From Macrostomum lignano (lineage: Eukaryota): a stretch of DNA of 64,000 bases. The notes below the pieces were generated by a model that was given only the letters and a program-made list of their open reading frames with translations, made no database searches and was not told where the DNA came from. Shown piece after piece: positions 37,601 to 56,090 of the stretch. Where the stretch lies: the NCBI GenBank assembly GCA_002269645.1, contig NIVC01001000.1:248001-312000 (forward strand), read 5' to 3'. How positions within the stretch are numbered: position 1 is the stretch's first letter; the number at the start of each line of letters is the position of its first letter. The position numbers were made by a program, and so were the translations under genes.

Positions 37601-38161
37601 ACTGTAGCTTATAGGAGTGCTAGACTGTAGCTTATAGGAGTGCCAGACTGTAGCTTATAGGAGTGCCAGACTGTAGCTTATGGGAGTGCTAGACTGTAGC
37701 TTATAGGAGTGCCAGACTGTAGCTTATGTGAGTGCCAGACTGTAGCTTATGGGAGTGCTAGACTGTAGCTTATAGGAGTGCCAGACTGTAGCTTATAGGA
37801 GTGCTAGACTGTAGCTTATAGGAGTGCCAGACTGTAGCTTAAAGGAGTGCCAGACTGTAGCTTATAGGAGTGCCAGACTGTAGCTGATAAGGGCGCCAGA
37901 GCGCAGCTGATAGGACAATCAATGTGATTGCACTATACATGTAGAAGAAAGCCAGGCAACTGAAAAAGATCACTCAAAATGATTAATTTTAATTCACTAA
38001 AATTTGCAGCAACCTGGACCCACTGGAGTCAGTGGGGTCTGTGCAAGCAAATCAAAAGTCCATTGAAATTTCGTTTCCGCGAATGCGTCTATGATAATAT
38101 GAACGTTGCGGACAAGTACTGCGCAGGATTGTACTTCGAATCCGACGTATGCAATTTTTGA
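34608..38161 (+). CDS. TSP1 gene B: predicted type II membrane protein with 3 TSP1 repeats (243 aa, 4 exons)
   Basis: Exons 34608-34885, 35472-35584, 35670-35858 and 38010-38161 are GT-AG with phases 2,1,1 and total 732 nt in one open frame. Hydrophobic segment IGYLICSVSIPLTMLCVA, then NTACIALQRGLFC, FQWTDWSSWTPCSKSCIEG..RTRSC, and ATWTHWSQWGLC..RFRECVY..YCAG..FES.VCNF*. Confidence 0.85.
35100..35355. repeat. 24-bp minisatellite (GGATGATGTTCCTAGATGGTGCCT)n in intron 1 of gene B
   Basis: About 9 units. Confidence 0.9.
36095..37900. repeat. 23-bp minisatellite (GTAGCTTATAGGAGTGCYAGACT)n, ~1.8 kb, in intron 3 of gene B
   Basis: About 75-80 units with progressively degenerate edges. Confidence 0.97.
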
Positions 38162-38339
38162 ACGACAGCGCACAGCTAGCGTACCAGTGTATGACTTCAA
38201 ACTGAACTTTAATATACTGCAAAATAAGATCTTATTTATTTTAAAGCTGTGCCGGTAAAATGATAAAAATTGCTACATTAACAACAGACCGTTTTCCTGC
38301 ACTTTCTCAATTCTTTAATGTGATTTGGTAATATTGAAG

Positions 38340-38985
38340 CAAGTGGTACCTAATTGAAGTCAGTGGTATCTAATTGAAGCCAATGGTACCTAACTGAAGT
38401 CACTGGTAACTAATTGAAGTCACTGGTATCTAATTGAAGTCAGTGGTACCTAATTGAAGTCAGTGGTACCTAATTGAAGTCAGTGGTACCTAATTGAAGT
38501 CAGTGGTACCTAATTGTAGTCAGTGGTACCTAATTCAAGTCAGTGGTACCTAATTCAAGTCAGTGGTACCTAATTCAAGTCAGTGGTACCTAATTGAAGT
38601 CAATGGTACCTAATTGAAGCCAGTGGTACCTAATTGAAGTCAGTGGTACCCAATTCAAGACAGTTAATGCCGAACTGAAGTCAGTGGTACCTAATTCAAG
38701 ACAGTTAATGCCTAACTGAAGTCAGTGGTACCTAATTCAAGACAGTTAATGCCTAACTGAAGTCAGTGGTACCTAATTCAAGACAGTTAATGCCGAACTG
38801 AAGTCAGTGGTACCTAATTCAAGACAGTTAATGCCGAACTGAAGTCAGTGGTACCTAATTCAAGACAGTTAATGCCTAACTGAAGTCAGTGGTACCTAAT
38901 TCAAGACAGTTAATGCCTAACTGAAGTCAGTGGTACCTAATTCAAGACAGTTAATGCCGAACTGAAGTCAGTCGTACCAAATTCG
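38340..38985. repeat. 20-bp minisatellite (GTGGTACCTAATTGAAGTCA)n converting into a 41-bp dimeric unit
   Basis: 20-bp units to ~38650, then (GTGGTACCTAATTCAAGACAGTTAATGCCKAACTGAAGTCA)n. Confidence 0.93.
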
Positions 38986-39188
38986 ATTAGATCTCGTACA
39001 CAGACGCTGCCACACTTTCTTCCTATATACTAAAATTAAACTCAACTTTAAAATCAAGCTGTCTATGGATGCAGTCCTCTCCGATAGATGCATAACACAC
39101 GGCTACAAGAGGCTGCAGTAAAGTATACTATTCAGAGTATTAATTAAAGCAACTGCAGGCCCTCGAAGTTTACCAAGCCAAGTGCAAG

Positions 39189-45704
<6,516 letters not shown>

Positions 45705-45862
45705 TTTTCATAACTGGTTATTATTTGTACGTACAAATAAATGTAAAAGTTAAATATGACTGCAGAGGCTACTTCAATCTTTTTGCTTTCTGGATCTTTT
45801 AATCAACATTATTCACTGTTTTTAACAATACTTCCACTGCTTTTATCGCACGTACCCCTCAA

Positions 45863-46177
45863 TGCGCACTTTAAGGGACATTGTCACACAATCGGCGAGA
45901 GGCATTACTGCCCATTCCGCCGACTCCCCTGAGCAGGCACACAAGCGCGGATACGTACTCAGTACACAGGGTGTAAGGCGGCCCTAACTTTATTTATCAT
46001 TGGGCATGTACACTTCACTGTGCCTTGGGGGTTGGCCCTCAAGGACGTTAATTGCACGAGCAGAGCCAAGCCGAGATTCCAATTTAGCCTCCAAATTAAT
46101 GTGACTGCACTGGGAATCGAGCCTGGGCCGCTGGCACATCAGAGCGCCGCGCCAGACCACTGGGCTACGACCCAGCA
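45863..46177 (-). mobile_element. SINE family 1 copy
   Basis: Minus-strand head GGGTCGTAGCCCAGTGG..GGCTCGATTCC and the shared body. Confidence 0.85.
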
Positions 46178-46751
46178 GCCCAAGGCCAGATGAGCGCAAC
46201 ATGACAAAAAGTATTATTAAAGCCTCGGTCGTAAAAAACGAAAAAAATGAGAGAGTTTCTACACAAATTTGCTCTTGTTTTGTAGGTAAAAGCCTTTATC
46301 TGGCGTAAAAGTAAAACTTGCATGTACTTCATAAGGAGGAAGTTGAGTAGTACTGCATGACTACTTATTAGATTCTTGTCTGAATATTGAGTCAACTCTA
46401 TTTCTTGTCAATAATCTATTTACAAGTAAGTTTCTCAGGTAAATTTTATATAGAGAACTTATTTCAATTATTGTATTACGAGATATATAGAAAGCAAAAG
46501 TCATAATTAAGCTTCTAAAACATTTGTACCGGTTAGAACAAAGCCAGTCAGCCGTCAGCAGTTGGACCACTCCTCAGACTCTTCTAAGGCATTTGCGAGT
46601 TTGAGTTCTGTGCCCAGCTGGAGTCCCGGCTGCCCAGCGGCAGTTGCACGCTATGGTAGATCTGAAAATAACGGCTTGAAATTTTGTTTGCTGATTCAAC
46701 TTAAACGAGTTAAAATCCGACAGAATTTTTCTTAGTTCTGGGGTCATTCAT

Positions 46752-47087
46752 GGGGACTGTAGCCTAGTACACTAGCGCGGTTCTCTGATGTGCCAGCGGC
46801 CCAGGCTCGATTCCCAGTGCATGCAGTCACATTAATTTGAATCTAAATTGGAATCTCGGCTTGGCTCTGCTCGTGCAATTAACGGCCTTGAAGCCCAACC
46901 TCCGCCGCAAGGCACAGTGATGTATATGCCTAACGATAAATAAAGTTGGGGCCGCTGTACACTCCTGTGTGAGTGTGTGCCTGCGTACGTATCCGCGCGC
47001 TTGTGTGCCTACTCAGGGGAGTCGGCGGAATGGGCAGCAATGTCACTCGCCGATTGTGTGACAATGTCACTTAAAGTGCGCCGGGGA
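46752..47087 (+). mobile_element. SINE family 1 copy
   Basis: GGGGACTGTAGCCTAGT..GGCTCGATTCC..TTAAAGTGCGCC. Confidence 0.85.
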
Positions 47088-47168
47088 AAATAAATCTGTG
47101 CACAAGAAATCAAAGGTCAGCCTCTATAAATAACGCCAAGAAACAAAACGAACAAACCGCAAACTTAC

Positions 47169-50100
47169 AGGACGCGCAGTTTCGACTACTCAAACAACTG
47201 CGCTCCTCGTAGCTGTGCCCGCCGCATTTGGCAGTGTCGGCAAAGCTGACTTCTGTCTGTAGGCCACCGCACTGACGACTGCGCTTTTGAACTCCCTCAG
47301 GTGGAGAACAGGTGGCGGAGCAAGCCGACCAGGCTGACCATTGCAGCCAGGCCACAGACTGCGATTTGGTTAGGTCTCGGATGGCTCTGAGCATTGTCAG
47401 CGCTGGCGCAGCTATTAGGGAGATATAGGAGAATGTTGCAATTAATATAGCTCCGCAACAACTCGCCTCCAAGAAGGTAGACTGCTAAAAGCATTTCTAG
47501 AAACTGGCGACACGGATACAAATGATACAACAGCGCTACTGATAAACCCAACTTGTCTATAAATAGTAATATCGGTGACAATCCATCCATCCAGTTATTC
47601 TAAATATGAATCGATTCAATGAGTGACTGAGTATAATGGATGCATTGACGGTTGCGAACTCTCGCGTCAAAACAGGCTGCCTAAGTTTACCATTGCGACC
47701 AATAGCGGTGCCTGCACCTGCTGTTTGGCACAGATAGCTACTGCTCTAATAGCTGTTAACGCCAATTCTTGTGAATCAGGATATTGAAATCCATTCGAAT
47801 GGAAAAAAACGGCGGAGTGCCAGGTGTGACGTTGACGTGTCTTTTTAATTCCACAATCCTTCATTAATTATTCATTAAAAGTTTTTACTACGTATCTCAA
47901 TTATATGAATAGTTTTTCATGTCAGAATTCACCTGACCCAATTAGGCCAGATGTGCAACCGACAGCTCAGCCGCAGCTAATGCTCGGCGCATCTGAAGGC
48001 TGCATACGGCTGTTCAGTCCAAGGACTGGGGGGTCGCCACACACAGCCTCAATTACCCCAGCTAATGCTGGCACCCATTTTACAGCTGGGTGAGCTGAAG
48101 CAATTCACCCAATTCAAACTCTACTATTCAAGAGTTAAGTAGTATTGTTCAAGGACACAAACTGTTTCAGTGAGACCCCTTCTAGTGGAGTCGAACCCCC
48201 GACCCTCAAATCGTGAGTCCGACGCTCTAACCATTAGGCTAAAACCCCTATTACGACGTAACAATACTTAATTGTAGACTGAATTTAAAGTCGCCGTTGG
48301 TCGTAATATTTAAACTGTTAAATTTTGCGCCTTCTCAGAGGAGGGCATTCTTGGGAGCTCGGCTGTTATGAGCTAGATATAATTGTATAACTAACAAGTT
48401 GATAGCTTGCGATAGAATTCTGCCCACCGAAATGCAGTGTCGCGCATTCGATTAATTATTCCTACCCATGCCAGTAGACATTAGACACCTGATTTCGTTA
48501 CCACTCGTGCGTTTTCACCTGCACTAATTGGCGTAGCAGCAAGTCAGCACGCGAACTCTCACCGTCAGATATTCGTCACACGGGAACTCGACAATGAAGT
48601 AATCGTTTTGCACGTGCCAGCTATTAGGAAGCCAAAACTTCGTATATATAGCAAGCAAACAATAGACTTCAGTTCAGTAAAAAAATTAGAAGCCACACAA
48701 TAATATAAGACTCTTACGCGTAGAACAAGCAACACTGCTGGGACCAGCGCAGAATTGTACTTGATCGGAGCCGCCAGCGCAAGATAGTTCAGTGGAACGA
48801 GCTCCTGTTCGAGCATCGATGCATTGGCGCGTACGCGATCGCATACCGGTAATCTGACAGGTGGCAGAACATGGCGACCAAGCCGACCACTGGGACCAAG
48901 AGACGGTAGAGACTGTACCATGCGAACCAGTGCTCATATTTTTCGCAGAGGTCGTGCTGTTCGCGATAGAACCATTGCCGACCGTACTGTTCATAGTTGT
49001 AGATGATGTGTCTTTTGTGTCAGAAGTTGAACCCGTTGAGGCTGAAATGTCAATCAAGGATCAAGGAGATGGCAATCTTTACATGAAATAGGTGACAAAG
49101 AAGGTTGACTTCAGCTCGACCATGGCATCCAGACAAACTTTTGATCCATCAGTGCCCGGCATTTTATTGAAGCAATGGGTGAAGTAAGGCCTTGTAGAAT
49201 ATCAGGTGGGAATCATTTGCGGAAAAGTATTGTAATATACGCCACTGGAGACACTGGAGACAAAGACTACAATTCTAAATGGTATTAAACTCGGTCGAAA
49301 GTTAGGAGCGTATTCCTAGAAATATTCAATCCAGAATTCCAGCGCACCTCGTCAAGGTTTAGATTAGCAAACCATAAATTAGCTTGCGAAAGAATTGACG
49401 AATGAGAAGTGCGAGACCGAAGATGCATTAACGAGATCAGGCACTGCCCAAAGAATGAAAGAACCATGTGGGATAGAGAGTGAAGTTTACTTCCTGTTCA
49501 AGTGTATAGTTGGAACTTTTACAATGGAAATTCCAACAGAGGAATTCATCACAATTCTACAATACTCTTTTCACTCCAATTAATTCGCCATAACTATTAT
49601 CGTAAAATGTAAAAAGCAGCAATCCTATGAGTGCGTATTTCATAATACTTTTTATGATACATTTAGGAATATAGATCAGCTGAAAATAATCACGGTCAAG
49701 TCTAGATGCACTGGAACAGAGCGGCAGTAGCTGACAAGAAATCAGTCTTCAAACCGAGCTGAAATGATCTAATTTTTCACCTACAGCCTAAATTCCTAGA
49801 ATATTTTCCGTTTGTAACACTTTTGTTTCGTGCACATGTACTATTTCAGAGAGCAATTGGACACTGAATCTGAAAATTACGGTATTTAACTCGAGGGAGA
49901 GGCTAACTGAAAACTGTCACTCACCCGATGCGGTGCTGCAACTGGTTCGATTTCCGCAACTCTGAGCTTCGTGGAACAGTCCGTCGCAGTGTTCCGCATC
50001 AATCACCTCCTTCTTCGAGTTCAAGCATTGGCGCTGGCGAACAAACAGACCGAATTCGCCACAAGTCTGCGTGCAGCTCGACCACTCCATCCAGTACGAC

Positions 50101-51600
50101 CAAGACCCAAGCTCTACGGGGTGGAAATAGTAAAGGACAGGGGCACATCCCGCATGGTGATAAATTTCACCACTGCATGCTATGCAAAGTGTGTGCACTC
50201 ACGCGGACAGGCATCGCTAGACTTGCATGGCTGCATCTGCATTGTCGTGACCGGGGAAGCTGTTTCGCTCTTGCCTTTGGCCTCGCTGAACCTGAAATAT
50301 TTAGCATCTACACTGTATTGGTTTTCGCATTCTAACTCAGCCTACGAGCAACCAATCTAATTCAAAGCACAAACACACATGCTCTATGTGATTTTATCTT
50401 GTCTTCCTCCTTGACACTGGTGTAAACAACCAATGCCGACACGGCACACAGTTTAAGCTTGGGTGTGGACAGCTGGCTAGCCTTTGAGCAAGCGTATTAT
50501 AGGAATAGAGTTGAAGACTAGCAGGGTGAACTGTGTTGTTAAATGCTTTTTCACGTACATGGAATCAGTCTTTAGAGATATGTATATAAATAATTTTGCT
50601 TGTCATGTAACTGCAATCTCAGCACTGCATATTAGGGTAACTTGAAGTCCGTGGCATTGAAATAAGCCATTTGGATGAGATAGATTGCTCGTAGGCTGAG
50701 TTAGAATGGGAAAACCAATCGTACGAGTATGTAGCGCTGCATTGACTTATAATCTAATTGAAGGCACTTGAGACTTCTTGAAATTTAGGTAGATAAAATA
50801 ATTTTGATTTTCAGATTTTTCTTCAGCTTTCATCTGAAATAGTTTCCAAAAAGCGTCTATTTAAAAGTATAAATTTTCTAGAAACAAAGAAAGTCAATGA
50901 AAGTACGAAGATATTTCGAAGATAAAAATGTAGGGAATTTAGAATAATTCAGAAATTGCTGGAAATTATGATTATGAAATAATCATAGCCTCTTGCTTGG
51001 TCATTGAGCTCTTGGTCGGGGTGCATCCCAAGGATCCGGACTCTGGAACTAATCTACCGTCAATAGGTCTCCATGTCTCTGATGTCTCAAAATGATGTCT
51101 CTCATGCCTCAAAACCCTTTTGATGAGACGAAATAATGATTCTATCAAAACTGCAACGATTTTATCTGGCTAAAGGCTAAAGAGAAAAACGTTCAAGAAG
51201 TCTGGCACTCGACCTAACGATAAGTATAGGCATACCGGATCTTGTCTCCCGCGCTGCACCTGATGCTGTTGCTGCACTGCGCCCACTGCGTCCATACATA
51301 CTTGACTCTGGCTTTGCTCGCTCGCGCCGGTCTAGACAAATTTCTGGTGCACAAGGGTCCCCTGTCTATGGAAATGCACACGGTGGTCACCGATAGGCCA
51401 CCGATAATCAGGAAGATCAGCAGCATCAGCGGGCACATTATTGCGCAAGGCATCCAGCTGCATTTGTGCGACATCGAGCGCTGCTGTCGGTTGGAATTTC
51501 CGGCTTGCACCTGCGACTGTTGCAGCTGCTGTTGCTGCTGGGGCTGCTGGTTGTGTTGAAAACCGATCGAACCGTGACTGGTTCCCGGCATGGTTTCCAT
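47169..51600 (-). CDS. TSP1 gene D: predicted type II membrane protein with a polyQ tail, at least 4 TSP1 repeats and a Ser/Thr-rich spacer; 3' end unresolved
   Basis: Exons 51600-51236, 50291-50203, 50113-49925, 49041-48718 and 47411-47169 are GT-AG with phases 2,1,1,1,1 in one open frame. Hydrophobic segment AIMCPLMLLIFLIIGGLSV, then TTVCISIDRGPLC. A candidate terminal exon at about 46663 gives only YLP*. Confidence 0.8.
47940..48249 (-). mobile_element. SINE family 2 copy in intron 4 of gene D
   Basis: Reverse complement of the 5155 and 26733 elements. Confidence 0.85.
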
Positions 51601-52689
51601 TGTATAGCGCGATTTGCAAGACCAATTTAGTATTCGTTCTTAGTATTTGATCTTAGCGTGGACTCTGGTCTGTTTCAATCACAGAAAATAAGTTCTGTGG
51701 TTTCAATCGTAACTTAGCGCGTCAGACAACAGAAGGCGCTGAATAGTCTTCTATTTCGTAAAGTGTCTATGGTTAATTGTTAATTTAACGTCGAGAAGAG
51801 CGTTACGTCTATATCTTTCTTAAAAATAAATTAACTAGATCGTGTCATTCGCGTTGTCCATAAGACACGGCCTGACGTAATGACAAACTCAACTGGCCAT
51901 TATTTCAGCTTTAGCAGGCGTTTGAACCATAGACAATTAGTTAACTATCCATTTATTGACTGACATAAGGAAATAATGTTCGCCAACAGTCTACATCACA
52001 TGTGGTATACATGGCATTCTGGAATACATTGAGTTGAAAAAAGATAGTCAAGACATTTTAGCCACCAAACAATGGATGGTTATTCATGAGACGTGCACGA
52101 GTGAGAATGAGGCGATTGTCCTGAAGTCTCACTTACGAAAATCCACATTGTCTAACTTCAGTGGATGGCCATAGACATAAAAGATGAGCCATAGACAAGA
52201 TTAAACAGACAGGGGTTTAGTGGGTTAAGAGAAGAATAGAGAGGAAACATTGATAAGCTACCTACATAAGCTTGACTATGGTGGAGGACGAGAAATCTTA
52301 TTTGATCAACTGGGCAAATCTGCCTGTCGAAAGCTTAGCCAACGTAACTAGCAGCGAACTTAATTGGATCTCGCAAGTCTTTTTATCAGGGAAGGACATG
52401 AGGGACAATGAAGATTTTTTGAACCTTTTGAACCTATCTTGCACTTTCTTGGAGGCAGGTGATACTGACGAGGATTGTCGGAGGCACCAGGAGATTTTGT
52501 TCAAAGCAGAAAGAAGCGAGGAATCAACTACCTCTTACTTAAGGACCTTAATGAAGGCGCTGAGTAAAGAAGTCTAGCTGTCGAAGGAATACACGAATCA
52601 GCATCCGGTAAGTTGGTGGGTCGATGAAAGTATATTTGACTTTTCCGATGTGTTTGTACGATTGAAATTAACTTGAATTTCCCTGGTCT

Positions 52690-53030
52690 TGCATCCTGCT
52701 CCGTTTACTAGAGTTAGCAGAGTGTGCGACCTGGAATCGGAAGGGCATTCAATGAGCGAGATCATAGCTATTACGGGTCGAAAATCCGAGAGCACCGTCC
52801 GGCGATACCTATAGATAAAACAGCACGAATCCTTGCAAAAATGCAGCGATGCAGTGTCGCGTGCTCTGAACATGGGGGAAAATGCACAGACCCACGGTCA
52901 TGTAACAATGCCTGCAGACATCAGCATCCAGAGATCGGCAGATGAACGGCCGGAGTATCTTCATAGTAAAAAATTGTACTTTCAACAATTGTCAACTGTA
53001 ATGGAGAATGGTACTGTGACAATTCTGCGG
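52690..53030 (+). pseudogene. Decayed C-terminal fragment of a Crypton/DUF3504-type tyrosine recombinase
   Basis: Reads V..VCDLESEGHSMSEIIAITGRKSESTVRRYL*IKQHESLQKCSDAVSRAL, matching L..G....I..ITGH(K)S..S...Y with H replaced by R and a stop after the Tyr. An out-of-frame FNNCQ motif follows near 52980. Confidence 0.5.
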
Positions 53031-53139
53031 TACTTATGGAGACTTATTCTCACCATTCATATTTTATTGCGTTTATTCTTTCCTGTTCGCGTTGTTTAAA
53101 GAAAGAATTGCATCGTTGTTTCTGTTCTAAAAATAACCC

Positions 53140-54229
53140 ATTGTTTAGCAATTTGACGATCATTATTCACATTTTTAATGCAGAACAATCCATTACTACA
53201 AACAATGCAGGATCGTCAAACAGAAAAACAATGCAAAGAATCAGCGGTCGCAGTGCGTGACAACGATTGTCTATGGCTCGCGCCGGACTGGGACCGCTGA
53301 TTATTTATCCATTGTTATCCCGAGGTCAACAGCATTATCCAGAGGTTTCAAGCATGGATGAAGGATGAAGAAATATATGGGTGTGAATCAGGTTTGACCA
53401 TAGACACTTTCATTATCATAAAGGCTGATTTTTTACAATGGAAAACGCGCACATTGAGCACAAAAACAACACAGTAGTCATAGACTGTTCATCATAAGTT
53501 GCTCATTAAAACCGAAACGTGCAATTCTTGAAGTGACAGTTCTCGAAGAAGCGAACTGCGCGTTCCGAATCCATCCGACCTGCAGATTAATGGACAATGT
53601 AAAAAATTCACAGTTTCTACGAGCGTATGTAGCCATTAGTGTAGCCACAAATTTACTTGCAATGTTGACATACTATGCTTACCATGCTTTACCCGCATCT
53701 CCTGTGTCATCTCCACTGAAGCATAGGTCGCACGGTTCGTTCAGTCATCGACAAGCAGATTTTTCCAATTAATAAGCGGGGCTGTTTGAAGAGATGCACC
53801 AGCCATAGTTGTTTGACAAGGCAAATAAGCTTTCCCTAGCACTACCCGCTTTCCTGATTTCTTGCAAGACGCAAACGAAATCAGCACTCATCACAGTGTG
53901 TCTATGTCAAACTAAAACACATCTCAGCCGTCTATGGGTAAAATAACTACCAAAACAGCCAATTAAAGCATGATAAAAAAGTGTGAAATAATGACCGCTT
54001 CCGGCACGCTGAAATAATGGCCGCCAGACTACGCAATGCTGAAACAATGGTAGATTGTATAGTATGCAACTGAGTTGAATAATGGATAAATAATCGTTGT
54101 CACGTGCTGCGACCGCTGATTCTTTGCATTGTTTTTCTGTTTGACGATCCTACAGACAATGCATTATTTGTAGTAATGGATTGTTCTGCATTAAAAATGT
54201 GAATAATGATCGTCAAATTGCTAAACAAT
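53140..54229. repeat. ~130-bp long inverted repeats (53140-53270 and 54092-54229) enclosing ~820 bp
   Basis: TTGTTTAGCAATTTGACGATCATTATTCACATTTTTAATGCAGAACAATCC... is matched by its reverse complement ending ...GATCGTCAAATTGCTAAACAA. Confidence 0.9.
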
Positions 54230-56054
54230 GACGTTGCGTAGTAGGTATAGGGCCTGAGATAATGGCCATAGACACTCGTGCGCTACTCGTGTTTGGCCAT
54301 TATTTCAATCCCCTACGAGAGATATTCAACGATTCTTGTCGAAGACACTGTTGGCAAGGACAACCAACAATACACTGTATAAACCTTTATGGTGAATGGT
54401 CTTATGGTTTATGGTCCGTTGAAGGTCCCGAAGGTCGCCTGTATGTCTACAGGTCAACCTAGAGGGTCGCCATTGTCCATTTCATTCACCGATTATGTCT
54501 ACTGACTGCATGAATGCTGCATGCAGAAGAGGATTATTCCATTTCAGTTTTGGGAACACAGCCATCTCTGAGATGCCGATCGGGTGCTTTTGTTGAAGGT
54601 CCCGACGGTCGCCGCCGATGCTCCAGACGTTGATGAAGGGAACCCTGGTGCATGGGATGCGGAGAGCAAAGGCCTCTACGACTGATATGCATAGTTTGTT
54701 CAGCCGATGTGGTTTCTTGATGAGATTTTGTGGGCAGAAAAATGTTGGTGGTTTTGCCACCAGACACCCTGAGGAGAATCGTCGAATATCTCGACGATGC
54801 CGATTTTTCGTGATTCTCGAAGTTGCTCCATCGAATAGAGCGGAAAATTTTAGCCCGTGTTCTGGATTTTCATGGCAATTGGTTGAATATTCTTGGAGAT
54901 CCAGACAAAGGAAAAATGTGTGTATTTGAAATACACCCTATGGTATTTCTACTGTTAATGACTGAGAGCCTTGACATTTAGTCAAGAGTGAAAGCCTTGA
55001 CCACTCTCGTGAAGTGTTCCAGGGCGGGTGCCTTTTAACTCCGCACAGTATTGGCACCCACAATTGTCGGACTTGGCTTCTGGTTTCTTTCTCCTAATAC
55101 TAAAACCGACGCGATGTTTGTCTGTCTGTCTGTCTGTATGTAGCAAGTGAACTCCTACAATTCTGCCAAGTCAGCGTCGAAACTTATATGGGGAAACTGC
55201 AAATTTTCCGGAGCAGGCTTTAGGCTATTTTAATTTTTAATTTTCTCATTTTAACATCCCTAAAAAAGCAGAAAACTGCTTTTTTAACCCTCAATAACCT
55301 TATTTGGCCACTCTGACTGGGGCTGCAGCCAGTTTGTAAAAATAGCCACCCCAACCTCCGCCCGCGGGCCGCTGTGTATTGAGGGGTGGTAGGTGCGCGT
55401 GTTCTGGGTTCAATGCAAATAAAACCCCCCGCGTGTTGGGGGGTTGAGTTAAATTTAATGCTTCCCCCAGAACGGGGGTTGGGCTTGGGCTGAGTGTACA
55501 TAGCAGTTGTACAGTGTAAACAGATAGACTGTGTCGAGATTCAATTGGTTTTATTATTGGCGCCTTTTTTCCATTGGCAGCCCTGTGTATTGTTTGGCAG
55601 TGAAATTCAATGAATAAACTTGCGAGCTTCTCTATCTCACTCAAGCAAGCAGTCGGGAAATTGGTAAATTTCAAACGCTAACTGTTCCTCGAGTTTTAAA
55701 CTTTGAGAGGAGACACTTATATTGCTGGAAAGATCTTGCAACGCTGAGTTCGGGGATAAAAGTTGTTTGCTTTATATATGAAAAGAAAAAGCACCGCATT
55801 TAAAAAACTATTTGCATACTTTTAACTTTGCAAAAATTGTACTCAGTTTTGCGAGACGAATAGATAAAGTTGGGGGGAGGGTTCAACTTCTCACTGCTGC
55901 TGTGTATTGGAGGGTTGATTTAGATTGCGCAATGTTTTTGTTAACTTTAACTGAGACTGATACTGACTGACTGTGAAATCGGTTGCGCAGTGAATTGATT
56001 CAATTAGTTCAATATTTTTTATCAGTGCCTTTTAACACGAAGCTGTGCGTAGTT

Positions 56055-56090
56055 CTAACCCTAACCCTAACCCTAACCCTAACCCTAACC
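56055..56090 (-). repeat. Six perfect telomeric hexamers (TTAGGG on the minus strand)
   Basis: (CTAACC)6. Confidence 0.9.

Noticed and set aside
20218-37900. CRISPR-like arrays
   Set aside because: The repeats are directly tandem without unique spacers, there are no cas genes, and the context is eukaryotic.
49285-49467. Possible LINE reverse-transcriptase remnant (W..N...LN)
   Set aside because: Too short and degenerate to support without a profile search.
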